A stretch of DNA of 64,000 nucleotides, taken from contig OZ024743.1 in assembly GCA_964016885.1 (NCBI GenBank), positions 284,890,001 through 284,954,000 on the forward strand, read 5' to 3'. Under the pieces are notes generated by a model. The model was not told the DNA's origin and made no database searches. It saw nothing but the letters and a program-made list of their open reading frames with translations. The stretch's first letter is position 1; each line of letters opens with the position of its first letter. Below are positions 62,553-64,000 of this stretch, piece after piece. The translations under genes were made by a program, and so were the position numbers. The stretch comes from Eledone cirrhosa. Taxonomy: Eukaryota.

Positions 62553-62672
62553 ATAACTGTTTCTACTTTAGGCACAAGGCCAGCAATTACCCAGTGCATT
62601 ACTGGTACTTTATTTTATCGACCCCGTAAGGATAAAAGGCAAAGTCAGCCTCGGCGGGATTTGAAATCAGAA
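62553..62672 (-). mobile_element. SINE family A, truncated at box B, with apparent target duplication
   Basis: Consensus match; AAATCAGAAATAAC occurs on both sides (62544-62557 and 62665-62678). Confidence 0.75.
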
Positions 62673-62809
62673 ATAACATGATTCAAATTATACCTGTATA
62701 AATAAACTATTAATACTATATATATTATATATAAACTGTTAATATATTTAAGTACTAACTACTACTCACTTTATATCTTCAATATTATGTTTCATAAATG
62801 AAATTTTAT

Positions 62810-63172
62810 CTTCTCTCTTCCTCTCTCTCTTCTCCCCTTCTCTCCCTCCTTGTCTCTCTCCTTTCCTCTATTTCTCTCATGTCTCTCTTTCCTCTATCTC
62901 CTCTCTCTTCTTTCTTTCCTCTCTTTCTTTTTACTCTCTCTTTGTTCACTCTCCCCTTCTCTCTTCTTCTCACCCTCCTCTCTTTCTCTTTACTCTCTTT
63001 CCTCTATCTGTCCTCCCCCTCTCTCTCCTTCGCTCCTTCCTCTCTTTCTCTTTACTCTTGCTCCCCTTCTCTCTCCTTCTTCTCTCCTCTCTTTCTCTTT
63101 ACTCTCTCTCCTCCTCTCTCTCCTTTTTTTTTCACATTCTCTCACTTTTTCTTCTTTCTTTCTCTCTTCTCT
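62810..63172. repeat. CT-rich polypyrimidine low-complexity tract
   Basis: Direct inspection. Confidence 0.9.
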
Positions 63173-63663
63173 GTGTATGTTTAATCCATATTTTTATGTA
63201 GTTTCTTTAGTTATGCATCAGTGTGAATGTGAATGTATTATATTAAATTGACAGGCATATTTGAATGTTTGAGAAGTCCTGGGTTTGATTCTATTGTATG
63301 GCACCTCACACAAATGCTTTCAACGAAACCCTCAGATTAACCCAAATATTGTGACTGGAACTGAGAAAACAAAAGCTGTGCTGAAACCCATTTGTTTTGT
63401 TGACCCTGTAATTTAAAGGACCAGCATTGTCACACAGTGTTGAACTGTGTCTGTCTTAAATTTACATTAAGAGTACACATATCTGTGGAATACTCACTCA
63501 CATACACTGTAATAAGTAGGCAACTTCATTGATCAAGCTCCTGGAATACTCTTCATTAAAACTGATATGAGATTCATTTACTATATAATTTTGGGCGACA
63601 ATGTGTGTGTTTCAATGTATGTCTGTGAGTGTGTACTTTTGTAAGTGTCTGTGTTTGTGTGTT

Positions 63664-64000
63664 TCATCATCATCATCATCATCACCGTTTTACGTCCGTT
63701 CTTCCACGCTAGCATGGGTTAGACGGGTTGTCCTGTTGTGGGCAGTGTCTGGTCGGCTGACCATGCCTTGCTCATACAGGAACTGATCTGGCTTGATTTC
63801 TACAGCTGGATGCCCTTCCTAACACCAACCTCATTTACAGTGAGTGCTGGATGCTTTTTCCGTGGCGCCTACACGTCCACTTTACAGTGTGGGCTGGGTG
63901 CTTTTTTGCCGTGGCTCCTCCACGACCACCTTGCGGTGGGGGGTGTGGGGGCATATTGTCTATATGCTTCAGCATGTACCCATGGGAGGTCGGGTACTCT
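63664..64000 (-). mobile_element. RTE LINE 3' UTR with (GAT)n tail, running off the window end
   Basis: Reverse complement of about 27570-27858. Confidence 0.85.

Overview
AT-rich, microsatellite-dense eukaryotic DNA, intronic or intergenic. The SINE and LINE content suggests a cephalopod such as Octopus, which is an inference. No host protein-coding exon can be supported. The window holds a near full-length RTE-clade LINE (minus strand, 28.1-32.1 kb) with a PHD-like C4HC3 finger inside its RT region, one in-frame stop and one frameshift. It also holds a 5'-truncated L1/Tx1-clade LINE with an open 1145-aa ORF2 (minus strand, 39.0-42.9 kb) flanked by (ATT)n. There are decayed relatives of both, R4/Dong- and CRE-type endonuclease remnants, two tRNA-derived SINE families and MITEs. 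The most striking pattern is a set of fold-back (hairpin) insertions sitting in (TA)n tracts. Several carry minimal type I hammerhead ribozyme motifs and a one-sided tail, and one retains the C-terminus of a Penelope-like GIY-YIG endonuclease. A second pattern is that the most abundant SINE shares its 3' terminus and (ATT)n target with the Tx1 LINE. Coordinates of decayed repeats are approximate and were read by eye.
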